NCBI GenBank assembly: GCA_947588655.1
Contig: CANPYS010000004.1
Location: forward strand, 3,947-67,946
Direction: 5' to 3'
From: an uncultured Alphaproteobacteria bacterium
Lineage (GTDB): Bacteria > Pseudomonadota > Alphaproteobacteria > RF32 > CAG-239
DNA: 64,000 bases
Of the stretch, positions 47,886 to 57,452 are shown one piece after another. Position numbers and translations under genes: made by a program. The notes under the pieces were generated by a model. The model was not told the origin of the DNA. It saw only the letters and a list, made by a program, of their open reading frames with translations, and ran no database searches. Each line of letters starts with the position of its first letter. Within the stretch, counting starts at the first letter, position 1.

Positions 47886-49292
47886 CTAAGCATACATTTT
47901 TTCCAATTCCTGATAAAGCGTTTTACCGGCGCTATTTTTCGGCAACGCATCAACACCAATCACGGCAAACGCCGTTTGGTTCAACCCTGTTTTTTCGGCC
48001 AAAAAATTTCGGATTTCGGCACATTTTTCTTTTTCGGTAATATAAACATGCATTTCATCATCATGACCAGCGCAAGCACATTCCATATCGTTATAGCGCG
48101 ATTTGATCAGCCTTTCCGTTTCATCCAGCCCAACACGATTCCCAAAAATTTTCAAAAACCGTTTCTTGCGTCCGACAATCGTATAAAAGCCATCGGCATC
48201 AAACTTTGCCATATCGCCTGTCAGTAAGCGACCGTTATTTTCATCGCCTTTAGCCAAATCTTCCCCGCAAAGTGCATAGCCCATGGTCACATTTTCGCCT
48301 TCATAAACCAATTCGCCAACCGTTTCCGGCGTATGAATTTCTTGACCGTTTTCATCAACGAGCATAAATTTGCCACCCGGAATGGCTTTGCCCATACAGC
48401 CCCATTTTTCAAGCGAAATTTCAGGCGGGAGATAACCCATACGCGCCGTTGCTTCCGCCGAACCATACATCACCACAAACGCTTTTCCTTGTTCTTTGGC
48501 ATACTCGGCAAATTTCTTGTGCAATTCGGGCAAGAGTTTTCCGCCCGCCTGCGTCAGCGTATGCAAATACGGCAAATTGCGCCTAAAAAACATTAGCTTA
48601 TTAAGCATTTCATAAGTATAAGGCACACCGCTGAAAGAGGTGGCTTCATATTTGTTCATAAAATTCCAAAAATCGCGTTGCATAATGGTTTTATCAGTTA
48701 AAAGCAACGTTGCGCCAACCGCCAAATGCGTATTGATAACCGACAACCCAAACGTGTAATTCATCGGCAACACAGTAATGGGACGTTCTGCCGAGTTTAA
48801 GTGCAAATAGCTCACAATCGCCTCTAGATTGCTCTCAATATTGCGGTAACTTTGGCGCACAAACTTCGGACTTCCCGTAGAGCCCGAAGTCGTTAGCAAA
48901 AGAGCCAAATCAGGATGAAGCGGATAAACTCTTTCATTGGCCGTTTTCAAAAGATGATACCCCCAACTTGAAAAAACAACCTCCCCTTTCGCTTTTTTAG
49001 CTAAATCCGCCGGAAGCCAAAGGTAATCAGGCTGATACTGCTCCAAAAACCTTTTGAGCAAGGTTTCATCAATATGCGCATCAAGCATCAACGGTACAAT
49101 TTTGTTTTGCAAAAATGTGGTATAACCGACAAGCGAACCTAACGTATTCCGACACAAGCAAAACACCAAACAACGATGCGGAATATGTTTGGCAAGCTCT
49201 TGTGTATAGGCTAGAAGTTCGGCATAAGTCGTTTGTTGACCGTTGTCATCAATGACGGCCAAGTGATAAGGATATTTCTCAAAATTCCACAT
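47886..49292 (-). CDS. AMP-binding adenylation / acyl-ACP ligase
   Basis: LLTTSGSTGSPK, YGSAEA, TGDMAKFDADG...GRKKR. Confidence 0.9.
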   Translation of the reverse strand: MWNFEKYPYHLAVIDDNGQQTTYAELLAYTQELAKHIPHRCLVFCLCRNTLGSLVGYTTFLQNKIVPLMLDAHIDETLLKRFLEQYQPDYLWLPADLAKKAKGEVVFSSWGYHLLKTANERVYPLHPDLALLLTTSGSTGSPKFVRQSYRNIESNLEAIVSYLHLNSAERPITVLPMNYTFGLSVINTHLAVGATLLLTDKTIMQRDFWNFMNKYEATSFSGVPYTYEMLNKLMFFRRNLPYLHTLTQAGGKLLPELHKKFAEYAKEQGKAFVVMYGSAEATARMGYLPPEISLEKWGCMGKAIPGGKFMLVDENGQEIHTPETVGELVYEGENVTMGYALCGEDLAKGDENNGRLLTGDMAKFDADGFYTIVGRKKRFLKIFGNRVGLDETERLIKSRYNDMECACAGHDDEMHVYITEKEKCAEIRNFLAEKTGLNQTAFAVIGVDALPKNSAGKTLYQELEKMYA

Positions 49293-49515
49293 TATATTTC
49301 TTCAGAATTTCCTTACCTTTTTCAAAGCTTGACAAGTCCACAATATCATCAGGTTCCATCATAATGTCAAAAGCTTCTTCTAATTGTGCAATCAAACCCA
49401 TATGACCAACGGAATCCCACGCCGGAATAGCTTGAAATTCAAGTGTTTTAGCCTTATCTGTATCAATTTCAAAAGCCTGCACAAAAGCGTTTATATATTT
49501 TTCTTCATTTGTCAT
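49279..49515 (-). CDS. Acyl carrier protein
   Basis: WDSVGHMGL phosphopantetheine motif; acidic, 78 aa. Confidence 0.9.
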   Translation of the reverse strand: MTNEEKYINAFVQAFEIDTDKAKTLEFQAIPAWDSVGHMGLIAQLEEAFDIMMEPDDIVDLSSFEKGKEILKKYNVEF

Positions 49516-49534
49516 TTATTTTCTCCATATTCAC

Positions 49535-50275
49535 TCAGTTACGGCCGCCATCAACACGAATAACCTGACCTGTAACATATTCAGATTCGTCTGAAGCCAA
49601 AAATAATGCAACTTTTGCCACATCTTCAGGCATGCCCAACCTTTTCAAACACACCTTAGATTTTTCAGCACAGAGCACTTCAGGCTTCATATTCCTGATT
49701 AACGACGTTTCCGTGACTCCTGGAGCAATACAATTTGCCCTTATACCAAACGATCCCAACTCTTTAGCCAAAGACTTTGTTACCGTTATCAAAGCCGCTT
49801 TTGTCGCGCCGTAAACAGACTGCCCTTCCATGCCTTCCAAGGCACTGATAGAAGATATGTTTATAATACTGCCTTCTTTTTGGCGTACCATCAGTTTACT
49901 AACCAACTGCATAAGATAAAACGGTGCCAAAAAATTGATGTTAAACATTTTTTGAACATCGTCCATCAAAGTCATTTGTACCAAAGATTCCTTAAATATA
50001 CCAGCATTATTTACTAAAATGTGAATAATTTTTTGAGTTTTTATTAATGCTTGAAATTCAAGTTTGATATTCTCATAATTTGCCATATCAAAATAAGCCG
50101 GACGGATATCAACACCATATTTTTCGGCAGTTTCTTTCAAAAACGCAACAAATTCAGGCGTTTCTTTGCGTGCATGTGCAATGATATTTGCCCCATTTTT
50201 AGCAAATTCTTCCACAATCGCCTTCCCGATTCCCCGATTCGTTCCAGTGATAAATGCAGTCTTCCCTTTAAGCAT
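49535..50275 (-). CDS. SDR, FabG-like (paralog 1)
   Basis: TGTNRGIG, NNAG, YGATK, IRVDGG. Confidence 0.92.
   Translation of the reverse strand: MLKGKTAFITGTNRGIGKAIVEEFAKNGANIIAHARKETPEFVAFLKETAEKYGVDIRPAYFDMANYENIKLEFQALIKTQKIIHILVNNAGIFKESLVQMTLMDDVQKMFNINFLAPFYLMQLVSKLMVRQKEGSIINISSISALEGMEGQSVYGATKAALITVTKSLAKELGSFGIRANCIAPGVTETSLIRNMKPEVLCAEKSKVCLKRLGMPEDVAKVALFLASDESEYVTGQVIRVDGGRN
50085..50275. repeat. 191-bp identical direct repeat, copy 1
   Basis: Base-for-base match to 52783-52973 (5' end of both SDR paralogs). Confidence 0.95.
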
Positions 50276-50332
50276 GGAGAACCTCCCGACGAACTGAACT
50301 TATTTTATGAAATTTCGGGTTGTTTAAAACAC

Positions 50333-50368
50333 AGAAGAATCCGCTTTGAGCAAAAAGCGGATTCTTCT
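50333..50368 (-). terminator. 15-bp-stem hairpin between transketolase and SDR genes
   Basis: agaagaatccgcttt-gagcaa-aaagcggattcttct. Confidence 0.6.
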
Positions 50369-50388
50369 CTTGCTTTAATCTTATAAGG

Positions 50389-51399
50389 TTAGCTTTCTCT
50401 ACCCCCCCCCCGCAGGTTTTTATAGGCTTCTATAATCTTTGCCACTATCTGCGGGGCTGTTAAACCACACTGAGAAAGCATATAGGCATAATCGCCTGCT
50501 TTTTCAAAAACATCCGGAATTCCAATAATTAATTGGGGTGGCATGTTTTCAAAACAGCTTTTATATTCTGCAACCGCACTTCCCAAGCCACCTAAGGCAA
50601 AGTGTTCTTCAATTGTTACAATCAGCCGATGTTTTGCAAACAAGGCTTGAAGCAGTTTTGTATCAAGAGGTTTAATGGTGTGCATATCAACAATTGTTGT
50701 TGAAATATTTTCTTTTGCCAACGCTCTAGACGCCCGCAAAGCTTCTGAAACCATAGAGCCGGTAGCTACAATGGCGACATCTGTCCCCTCTCTTAAAACA
50801 ATACCTTTTCCAATCTGAAAATCATAATCTTCTTTATAAACAGGTGTTGCCCCGTTTGTCCCGCTTAAGCGAATGTAGCACGGACCCTTCATAGAAGCGG
50901 CGACACAAATAGTTTTATATGTTTCAACACCGTCAGCTGGTGATAAAACCGTCATATTCGGAATAACACGAGTAATAGCCAAATCTTCAAGGCCATAATG
51001 CGTATTTCCGACGACACCTCCGGCTAAACCACTCATGAGGCCGACAACTTTTACATTCAAATTCATATATCCGAGTTGGGTTCGTAGCATTTCAAACGGG
51101 CGCATTGTCGCAAAAGGCGCGAATGTTGTTGCAAAGACAGTTTTTCCTGTTGAAGCCAAGCCAGCAGAAATTCCAATCATATTTTGTTCGGCAATTCCCA
51201 CATTAACAAATTTTTCCGGTGCTTTTTCGGCAAATTCCTTTAAGCGGGCAGAGCCCATAACATCAGCAACGACAACTCTTAAATCGGGCATATTCTGCTC
51301 TATATCTGTTAGTGCCAAACCAAAAACACCCCTGGATGAAATACGGGAAAAATGCTGAACTGTTTGCATATCATACATCATAGTTTTACTCCAACTCAC
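50389..51399 (-). CDS. Transketolase-like C-terminal (pyrimidine-binding) subunit, G10 at 3' end
   Basis: NVGIAEQNM, THYGLEDLA, VDMHTIKPLD, EEH...GGLG. Confidence 0.92.
   Translation of the reverse strand: MSWSKTMMYDMQTVQHFSRISSRGVFGLALTDIEQNMPDLRVVVADVMGSARLKEFAEKAPEKFVNVGIAEQNMIGISAGLASTGKTVFATTFAPFATMRPFEMLRTQLGYMNLNVKVVGLMSGLAGGVVGNTHYGLEDLAITRVIPNMTVLSPADGVETYKTICVAASMKGPCYIRLSGTNGATPVYKEDYDFQIGKGIVLREGTDVAIVATGSMVSEALRASRALAKENISTTIVDMHTIKPLDTKLLQALFAKHRLIVTIEEHFALGGLGSAVAEYKSCFENMPPQLIIGIPDVFEKAGDYAYMLSQCGLTAPQIVAKIIEAYKNLRGGGRES
50402..50411 (-). repeat. G10 tract four codons before stop
   Basis: aCCCCCCCCCCgcag. Confidence 0.9.
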
Positions 51400-52174
51400 T
51401 CATTGCTAAAGCATATTGTTCATCATTTAAAACATGATGATGCCACTCAGGATTTCCTTCCATAAAAGAAACACCTTTACCCTTAACGGTATGAGCAATA
51501 ATGGCTAATGGTTTATTCCTTTCCCGAGATAAAGCGGTTTCAATATCTTCAAAATTATGCCCATCAATCTCAACAACCTCCCAATGAAAGGCTTTAAGTT
51601 TCTGAGCCCAATCATCAACCGGCATAATATCTTGTGACAAGCCATCTAATTGCATTTGATTATCATCAACAATCAAGCACACAGAACAAATATTTTTATG
51701 TCCGGCAAACATAGCCGCTTCCCAAAAAGAGCCCTCGTTAAGTTCGCCATTGCCAGCCATAACATAAATATTGCTTTGTTTATAGCCTAACGCTTGCCCT
51801 AAAGCAAAAGAAAGTCCAAGTCCCAAACTGCCACTAGATAAATCTATGCCGAATTCCGTTTTTTTAACACAATGAGAAGGAAAATCAGATCCGTTTGCAT
51901 TAAAGGAAAGCAATTGTTCATGCGTTATAAAGCCGTATTCATAAAGTGTTGCATACAGAGCTTGAGCGCAATGTCCCTTGCTTAAAATGAATCTGTCTCT
52001 CACCATTTGAGTAACATTTTCAGGGTTAAGATGTATAACTTTCCCAAACAAAACAGCCATCAGATCCGCCATGGAAAGCGAGCCACCGAAATGCCCACCT
52101 TTTACACCACAGGCATGTCCGGCTTCTATAATACTTTTCCGAATGTTTTGTGCTTTTTGTTCAATATTCATCAT
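51386..52174 (-). CDS. Transketolase-like N-terminal (TPP-binding) subunit
   Basis: GHFGGSLS, RDRFILSKGH, SSGSLGLG, GNGELNEG..WEA, HTVKGKG; start taken at MMNIEQ. Confidence 0.92.
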   Translation of the reverse strand: MMNIEQKAQNIRKSIIEAGHACGVKGGHFGGSLSMADLMAVLFGKVIHLNPENVTQMVRDRFILSKGHCAQALYATLYEYGFITHEQLLSFNANGSDFPSHCVKKTEFGIDLSSGSLGLGLSFALGQALGYKQSNIYVMAGNGELNEGSFWEAAMFAGHKNICSVCLIVDDNQMQLDGLSQDIMPVDDWAQKLKAFHWEVVEIDGHNFEDIETALSRERNKPLAIIAHTVKGKGVSFMEGNPEWHHHVLNDEQYALAMSELE

Positions 52175-52235
52175 GATCTCCATTAGTGCATAAAAAGCAG
52201 GTGTTCCTTCTTCTATTATGAAACCCGCTCGTATC

Positions 52236-52973
52236 TTACCCCCCCCCATCAACACGGATAGGTTGTCCATTAATAAAGGACGATTCGTCTGAAGCCAAAA
52301 ACACCGCAACTTTAGCAATCTCTTGAGGATATGCTTTACGCTTCATCGCTGATGTTTCAATCATTTTATTTCCGTTTTCAGGTTTCATTTGGGCGCCCAT
52401 ATCCGTATCCGTTAACCCCGGACAAATGGCATTAACCCTCACGCCGTTTGTGCCGCATTCTGCAGCCAAAGTTTGCGTAAACGCAATTAAGGCCGCTTTT
52501 GAAACGCCATAAGCACAATTTCCTTCCAACATATCTATTCCCGAGATAGAAGACATGTTTATAATGCTACCGCCACCACAGCGAATAATCCAACGTAAAA
52601 GCTGTTGGGTCAATTCCAAATGTGCGAAAAAGTTTATTTCAAAAACTTCCCTGATTTTTTGTATAGAGGTCATTTGAAAATAACCACCATGAGCAATGCC
52701 GGCATTATTAACCAAAATATGCACAGGAATTTTTGAGGCAATTAGCGCCCGAATGTTTTGCTTCATGGCATCATAATCGGTTATATCAAAATAAGCCGGA
52801 CGGATATCAACACCATATTTTTCGGCAGTTTCTTTCAAAAACGCAACAAATTCAGGCGTTTCTTTGCGTGCATGTGCAATGATATTTGCCCCATTTTTAG
52901 CAAATTCTTCCACAATCGCCTTCCCGATTCCCCGATTCGTTCCAGTGATAAATGCAGTCTTCCCTTTAAGCAT
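52236..52973 (-). CDS. SDR, FabG-like (paralog 2), G9 immediately before stop
   Basis: First 63 aa identical to paralog 1; YGVSK; ends RVDGGG-stop. Confidence 0.92.
   Translation of the reverse strand: MLKGKTAFITGTNRGIGKAIVEEFAKNGANIIAHARKETPEFVAFLKETAEKYGVDIRPAYFDITDYDAMKQNIRALIASKIPVHILVNNAGIAHGGYFQMTSIQKIREVFEINFFAHLELTQQLLRWIIRCGGGSIINMSSISGIDMLEGNCAYGVSKAALIAFTQTLAAECGTNGVRVNAICPGLTDTDMGAQMKPENGNKMIETSAMKRKAYPQEIAKVAVFLASDESSFINGQPIRVDGGG
52239..52247 (-). repeat. G9 tract at stop codon; G8/G11 fuses SDR to transketolase
   Basis: ttaCCCCCCCCCatc. Confidence 0.9.
52783..52973. repeat. 191-bp identical direct repeat, copy 2
   Basis: See 50085-50275. Confidence 0.95.
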
Positions 52974-54123
52974 TATTACCTGCCTTGAAATAATTAATCC
53001 AATAGTCTATTTTTTCTTGCCGTGACATTTTACCCTTAGGTGTTTTATATGTCTTAATCGGAAAAGCTTTTGTATCATGTAAATCTACCAATACCCCCCC
53101 CCATGAAAAACCAACGCCAAACGCAATTAAACAAGCCAGTTTTAAAGGTTGTTGGCACAATTTGTTCAAAATATCCAAACTTACCGTTGCCGAACCACAG
53201 TTGCCATAATGAGAAAAAACCTCTGTTGAATAAGCCGTTTTAGGAATTTTGACATATCTTGCAATAGAATCTACAATTTGTTTATTTGCTTGATGAAACG
53301 CAAAATAATCTACATCTTCCAATTTTACATGCGCCATATCCAAAACCGACAGAATAACTTGAGGGGTAATTTCTGTTGCAAATTTAAATACTTCAAGCCC
53401 TTTCATTAAATCATCATACAAATGCCAAACATTACCGGCACTATCTAAAACTTCAAGATCTGCAATATCTGCGCGAATAGGCAACGCTGAACCACCTGCC
53501 GGCGCAATAAGTTGATCCCAGCCTTTACCGCGGGAACCAGTACAAAAATACGACAAACATTCTTCATCGGTCTTTTCTATTAATGTTGCTGTTGCAGCAT
53601 CACCAAACAACATATTAGAATTGCGATTTCGCCGGTCAGAATGCGTGCTGGCAAGGTCGCTTGTCAGCAATAAAACCCTTTTGGCACAACCACTTGCAAT
53701 CATAGAAAAAGCATTCTGCAAACCATACACATGAGCAGAGCAAGCCAAACCAGACATATCAAAACAAGTGCAGTCTTCTTTCAAATTTAAGCGACCATGC
53801 AAAACACACGAGGTGGCCGGCCAAAAATAATCATGCGAGGTTGAGGCTACAATCAAACTGTCTATGGTATCTTTATCAATATCCAAATTGTAAATCAAAT
53901 CACGCGCAGCCGCTTCACACAAATCGGCGCAAGTTGTTTTATCATCAACAGTGTGGCGTTTTCCAAGCCCCAAAATCTTTTTATTACGCTCCAAAAGCTT
54001 AATATCATTGTTAAAAAATTCAATTTCATCATCAATATTAATAAAGCTTTCAGGCACAACACCGGCTATACCCTTAATTTTGATATGTTCAAAAACTGTT
54101 TTCACCTTATTTTCCTTTAACAA
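52966..54123 (-). CDS. FabH/KAS III-like ketoacyl-ACP synthase (paralog 1), G9 in frame
   Basis: GLACSA, FGDAATA, FHQANK, YGNCGSA, FGVGFSWGG. Confidence 0.9.
   Translation of the reverse strand: MLKENKVKTVFEHIKIKGIAGVVPESFINIDDEIEFFNNDIKLLERNKKILGLGKRHTVDDKTTCADLCEAAARDLIYNLDIDKDTIDSLIVASTSHDYFWPATSCVLHGRLNLKEDCTCFDMSGLACSAHVYGLQNAFSMIASGCAKRVLLLTSDLASTHSDRRNRNSNMLFGDAATATLIEKTDEECLSYFCTGSRGKGWDQLIAPAGGSALPIRADIADLEVLDSAGNVWHLYDDLMKGLEVFKFATEITPQVILSVLDMAHVKLEDVDYFAFHQANKQIVDSIARYVKIPKTAYSTEVFSHYGNCGSATVSLDILNKLCQQPLKLACLIAFGVGFSWGGVLVDLHDTKAFPIKTYKTPKGKMSRQEKIDYWINYFKAGNNA
53094..53102 (-). repeat. G9 tract, in frame (SWGGV)
   Basis: ataCCCCCCCCCatg. Confidence 0.9.
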
Positions 54124-54857
54124 TTTGTATAATTAACGACATAATTTTGCCCAGTAATCCATTGGGCTTCATCTGATAATAAGAAAGAAACAACATTAGC
54201 CACATCTTGCGGCTTTCCAAGGCCTAAGGGATATTTATATTTGATTAAGTCCATGATTTCAGGAATATTTTGCGTCATGGGTGTATCAATATCACCTGGC
54301 GATACTGTATTAAACCGGATTTCTTCAGCAGCATATTCTTTGGCAATAGCCTGCATTGAAGCAACCAATGCCGCCTTAGATCCACCGTAAGAAATTAAGC
54401 CTTTCGCCGCATTTTGGTAGGCTATGGAAGAAACAGAAACAAAACTTGAACCTTTGCCGGCATGAACGCCTTTCTGTACAAAGCCTTTAGCCATCATCAA
54501 CGGAACAAAGAAATTAATGTCAAAAATCTTTTTTGTTTCTGAAAAATTTACAGCACGCAAAGGCAAAGTTTCGGTTATGCCCGCACTGCAAACAACCCCG
54601 AACAACGCTCCATATTTTTGACTTAACTGTTCCATATACTTCGGTAAAGATGCCATATCTTCTGTTAAATCCTTTTGCTCAAAAAACAATCGCTCAGGCG
54701 CTTCTAACTTTTTGATAAGCGCATCAAAAGCCTCTTTATTCCTACCAATACCAACAACTACCCCCCCCCGAGCATTTATATCTATAGCAACAGCTTCACC
54801 TATGCCGGAAGTTGCACCCGTTACAACAAAAACCTGATTTGAATTAAACTGAACCAT
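54117..54857 (-). CDS. SDR oxidoreductase, G9 in frame
   Basis: VTGATSGIG, YGGSK, FNTVSPG; start taken at MVQF (54857). Confidence 0.88.
   Translation of the reverse strand: MVQFNSNQVFVVTGATSGIGEAVAIDINARGGVVVGIGRNKEAFDALIKKLEAPERLFFEQKDLTEDMASLPKYMEQLSQKYGALFGVVCSAGITETLPLRAVNFSETKKIFDINFFVPLMMAKGFVQKGVHAGKGSSFVSVSSIAYQNAAKGLISYGGSKAALVASMQAIAKEYAAEEIRFNTVSPGDIDTPMTQNIPEIMDLIKYKYPLGLGKPQDVANVVSFLLSDEAQWITGQNYVVNYTNC
54761..54769 (-). repeat. G9 tract, in frame (ARGGV)
   Basis: actaCCCCCCCCCgag. Confidence 0.9.
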
Positions 54858-54874
54858 TTTTATTCCCCTCTCTT

Positions 54875-55606
54875 TTAGAACGCACCGCAATCTATAATAT
54901 AATTTTGCTTTGTTATCCATTTTGCTTTGTCAGAAAGCAAAAAGACAACCATATTTGCAACATCATCAACATGCCCAATCCCGAAAGGATATTTCCCTTC
55001 GGCATATTGTTTTTCAAGCTCGCCTGCCATGGCCGTTTCAATTAAGCTTGGCGAAACACAATTTACGCGCAACCCCGTAGAAGACAATTCATCTGCAACA
55101 GCATGCATGGAATTAATAAGCGCGGCTTTTGTTCCCGCATAGCATGACTGCCCAGGAGTAGGATGGACACCTGCAATAGAAGCAATACATACAACAGAAG
55201 CATTTGGTTGATGGTTTCTTTTATCTGCAAGACCTTTGAGCATAAATATCGGCGCAAAATAATTAATGTTAAACATTGCTTGATAGGCCTCATAATTTGC
55301 AAGACGCAAGGGCTCTAAGACACCTGCTCCCGCACAAAAAGCCATGCCCTGAAATTTACCGTATTTCTCTCTTAAGGCCTTAACATAAGCCGGTAACTCT
55401 TCAATATCCTCCGTTAAATCTTTATGTTCAATATAAATATTTTCAGGAATTTCTGCTTTTTCTCTCAACTCATGAAGTTTATTTTCACGACGCGCAACCG
55501 CCACCACACTCGCCCCAAGTTTATTCAGAAGCAAGGCAACCGCTTCGCCTATACCTGAGCTTGCGCCTGTCACGATAAATATTTGAGATTTATCAAATTG
55601 TATCAT
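54875..55606 (-). CDS. SDR oxidoreductase
   Basis: VTGASSGIG, YAGTK, RVNCVSPS. Confidence 0.9.
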   Translation of the reverse strand: MIQFDKSQIFIVTGASSGIGEAVALLLNKLGASVVAVARRENKLHELREKAEIPENIYIEHKDLTEDIEELPAYVKALREKYGKFQGMAFCAGAGVLEPLRLANYEAYQAMFNINYFAPIFMLKGLADKRNHQPNASVVCIASIAGVHPTPGQSCYAGTKAALINSMHAVADELSSTGLRVNCVSPSLIETAMAGELEKQYAEGKYPFGIGHVDDVANMVVFLLSDKAKWITKQNYIIDCGAF

Positions 55607-56027
55607 TTTCTTTTTTTAACTCCACCAATTCAATGATCATAGAATTGCGGAAGGCAAGATAACACCAATTTACAATATCGCAGTTTTTATCATCTAAGTG
55701 AGTCATCGGCACAAGGTACATACCTTTGTTTTCAGCAATCAAACGCTCGGCATCATTTACGATATCATCACTGACATAAGCAAAATGATAAATTTTACGT
55801 CGGGCTTGAAGGTGCGCCGTTATAGGCCCATCTGCTGACAAATTAGCGACTAATTCTAAATCAGGACTTACCCCCCCCCGCGTATTTTTCAAAAAGCACA
55901 CACGTATGCCCGTTTGAGGTTCTTCGCGAATGCCTCCTAAAGGACTATAACCAAAGCAAGAAAAGAATTGGACATCTTTTTCAATGCTTTTGGATGCAAT
56001 GCCAATATGATGTAACCCTTTAAGCAT
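55593..56027 (-). CDS. VOC-family protein (methylmalonyl-CoA epimerase-like), G9 in frame
   Basis: LHHIGIA, LELV, IYHFAY, IIELVE; start taken at MLKGLHH. Confidence 0.8.
   Translation of the reverse strand: MLKGLHHIGIASKSIEKDVQFFSCFGYSPLGGIREEPQTGIRVCFLKNTRGGVSPDLELVANLSADGPITAHLQARRKIYHFAYVSDDIVNDAERLIAENKGMYLVPMTHLDDKNCDIVNWCYLAFRNSMIIELVELKKENDTI
55871..55879 (-). repeat. G9 tract, in frame (TRGGV)
   Basis: cttaCCCCCCCCCgcg. Confidence 0.9.
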
Positions 56028-56028
56028 C

Positions 56029-56247
56029 TTATAAACCCGCTTTCTTGGCAATATCACCAATGGTCTTCATGTCTTTATAGTCTTTCATGGTTGTTTTTAC
56101 ACCAAATTCTTTATCCAAAAACGCCATTGTCGCCATAATAGATAATGAATCCCATTCGGCCAAATCTGCCAAAACAGTATCAAAGCTGATTTCTTCTTCT
56201 GTTTGCAAAACTTCAACCATTTCAGTTAAAAATTCATCTTTAGTCAT
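56029..56247 (-). CDS. Acyl carrier protein
   Basis: EWDSLSIM motif; acidic, 72 aa. Confidence 0.9.
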   Translation of the reverse strand: MTKDEFLTEMVEVLQTEEEISFDTVLADLAEWDSLSIMATMAFLDKEFGVKTTMKDYKDMKTIGDIAKKAGL

Positions 56248-57378
56248 TTTTCTTCTCCTTTAAAAGATTTAATCCAATTGTTAATTTGTTCTTCTCTTGT
56301 TGGGCGATTCGCAGGAGGTACATAAGTTGATATACCTCCATTATATAAACCTCGCAGATTTATTGCTCCCCCCCCCCCAAGATAATCCTACACCAAACCC
56401 ACATAGAATGGTATTTCCCCAAGTTTTACCCTGAGGTTGATCACATAAAAGCGTAGCTAGCGAATTTGTTGAATTATTAGCATATTTCGTAAAAACATCT
56501 GTCGGCGCTTTTTGCACAGAAACACCTGCACTGCTAACAATATTCTCTACAATTTGCTTATTTGCCTGATGTATGGCATATAAATCAACATCGGCATCTG
56601 TCCATCCGGCAAGAGCCAACGTCTGCTTTATTGTTTGCGGGGCGACATCCATCGTGAATCTAAAAACATCTTCTCCCTTTATAATTCTATCTGATGCAGC
56701 ACGCCAAGAAAATGGGCCATCTTGAAGTATCAGATTCAAAATATCCACATCTAACGGCAAACGCGCACCGCCAAAAGGACAAATAATTTTATCAAACCCA
56801 CTCCCGTCTGTTCCTACCACAAAAAAAGATTTATACACATCTGATGAATATTCTAAAATTGTGGCGGAAGCAGCATCGCCAAAAACACGGGCATCTTTTG
56901 CTTGCGCCGAGCCTGTTCTGGAGGGAATATCCCCTGCCAAAAGGAGGCACTTTTTTCCAAGCCCAACCTCTAATAATGCATGCGCCACTAAAAGCGCTTG
57001 CATATAACCTGAACAGCCAGAATTTATATCAAGCGCAAAACACTCTTTTTTTAACCCCAACATACCATGAGCAACACTAGCATTATTAGGCTCCTTATAA
57101 TCAGGCTTTTGACTTACAAAAACAAGTAAATCAATTTCTTCGGTGCTGATACCCATTTCATGCATAAGCTTCTTGGCAGCATCTGTAGCCATATCCGTTA
57201 CAGTTGTTAAATCGTCCGCAATATAGCGACGCCCATAACCAACCATCTTTTTAGCACGAGCTAACTTTTTAGGGTTATTATCAAAAAATTCAAGCTCATC
57301 TTCCACATTTATCATATGTTGCGGTATAACTGTCTTTATACCACTAACCTTAACATGATTAAAAGATGTCGTTGTCAT
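56244..57378 (-). CDS. FabH/KAS III-like synthase (paralog 2), frameshifted at G11; ~377 aa if rejoined
   Basis: NSGCSG, FGDAASA, IHQANK, GFGVGLSW. G10 adds GGGAINLRG...REEQINNWIKSFKGEEK-stop, which parallels the paralog 1 tail and overlaps the ACP start (ATGA). Confidence 0.88.
56368..56378 (-). repeat. G11 tract, out of frame (G10 restores)
   Basis: gctCCCCCCCCCCCaag. Confidence 0.9.
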
Positions 57379-57452
57379 TTTTTCTCCTGTAAATTCAATT
57401 TTAACAACACTTAAACGCTTCTCCTATGACCGAATTAAGTAGTATTATTTTT

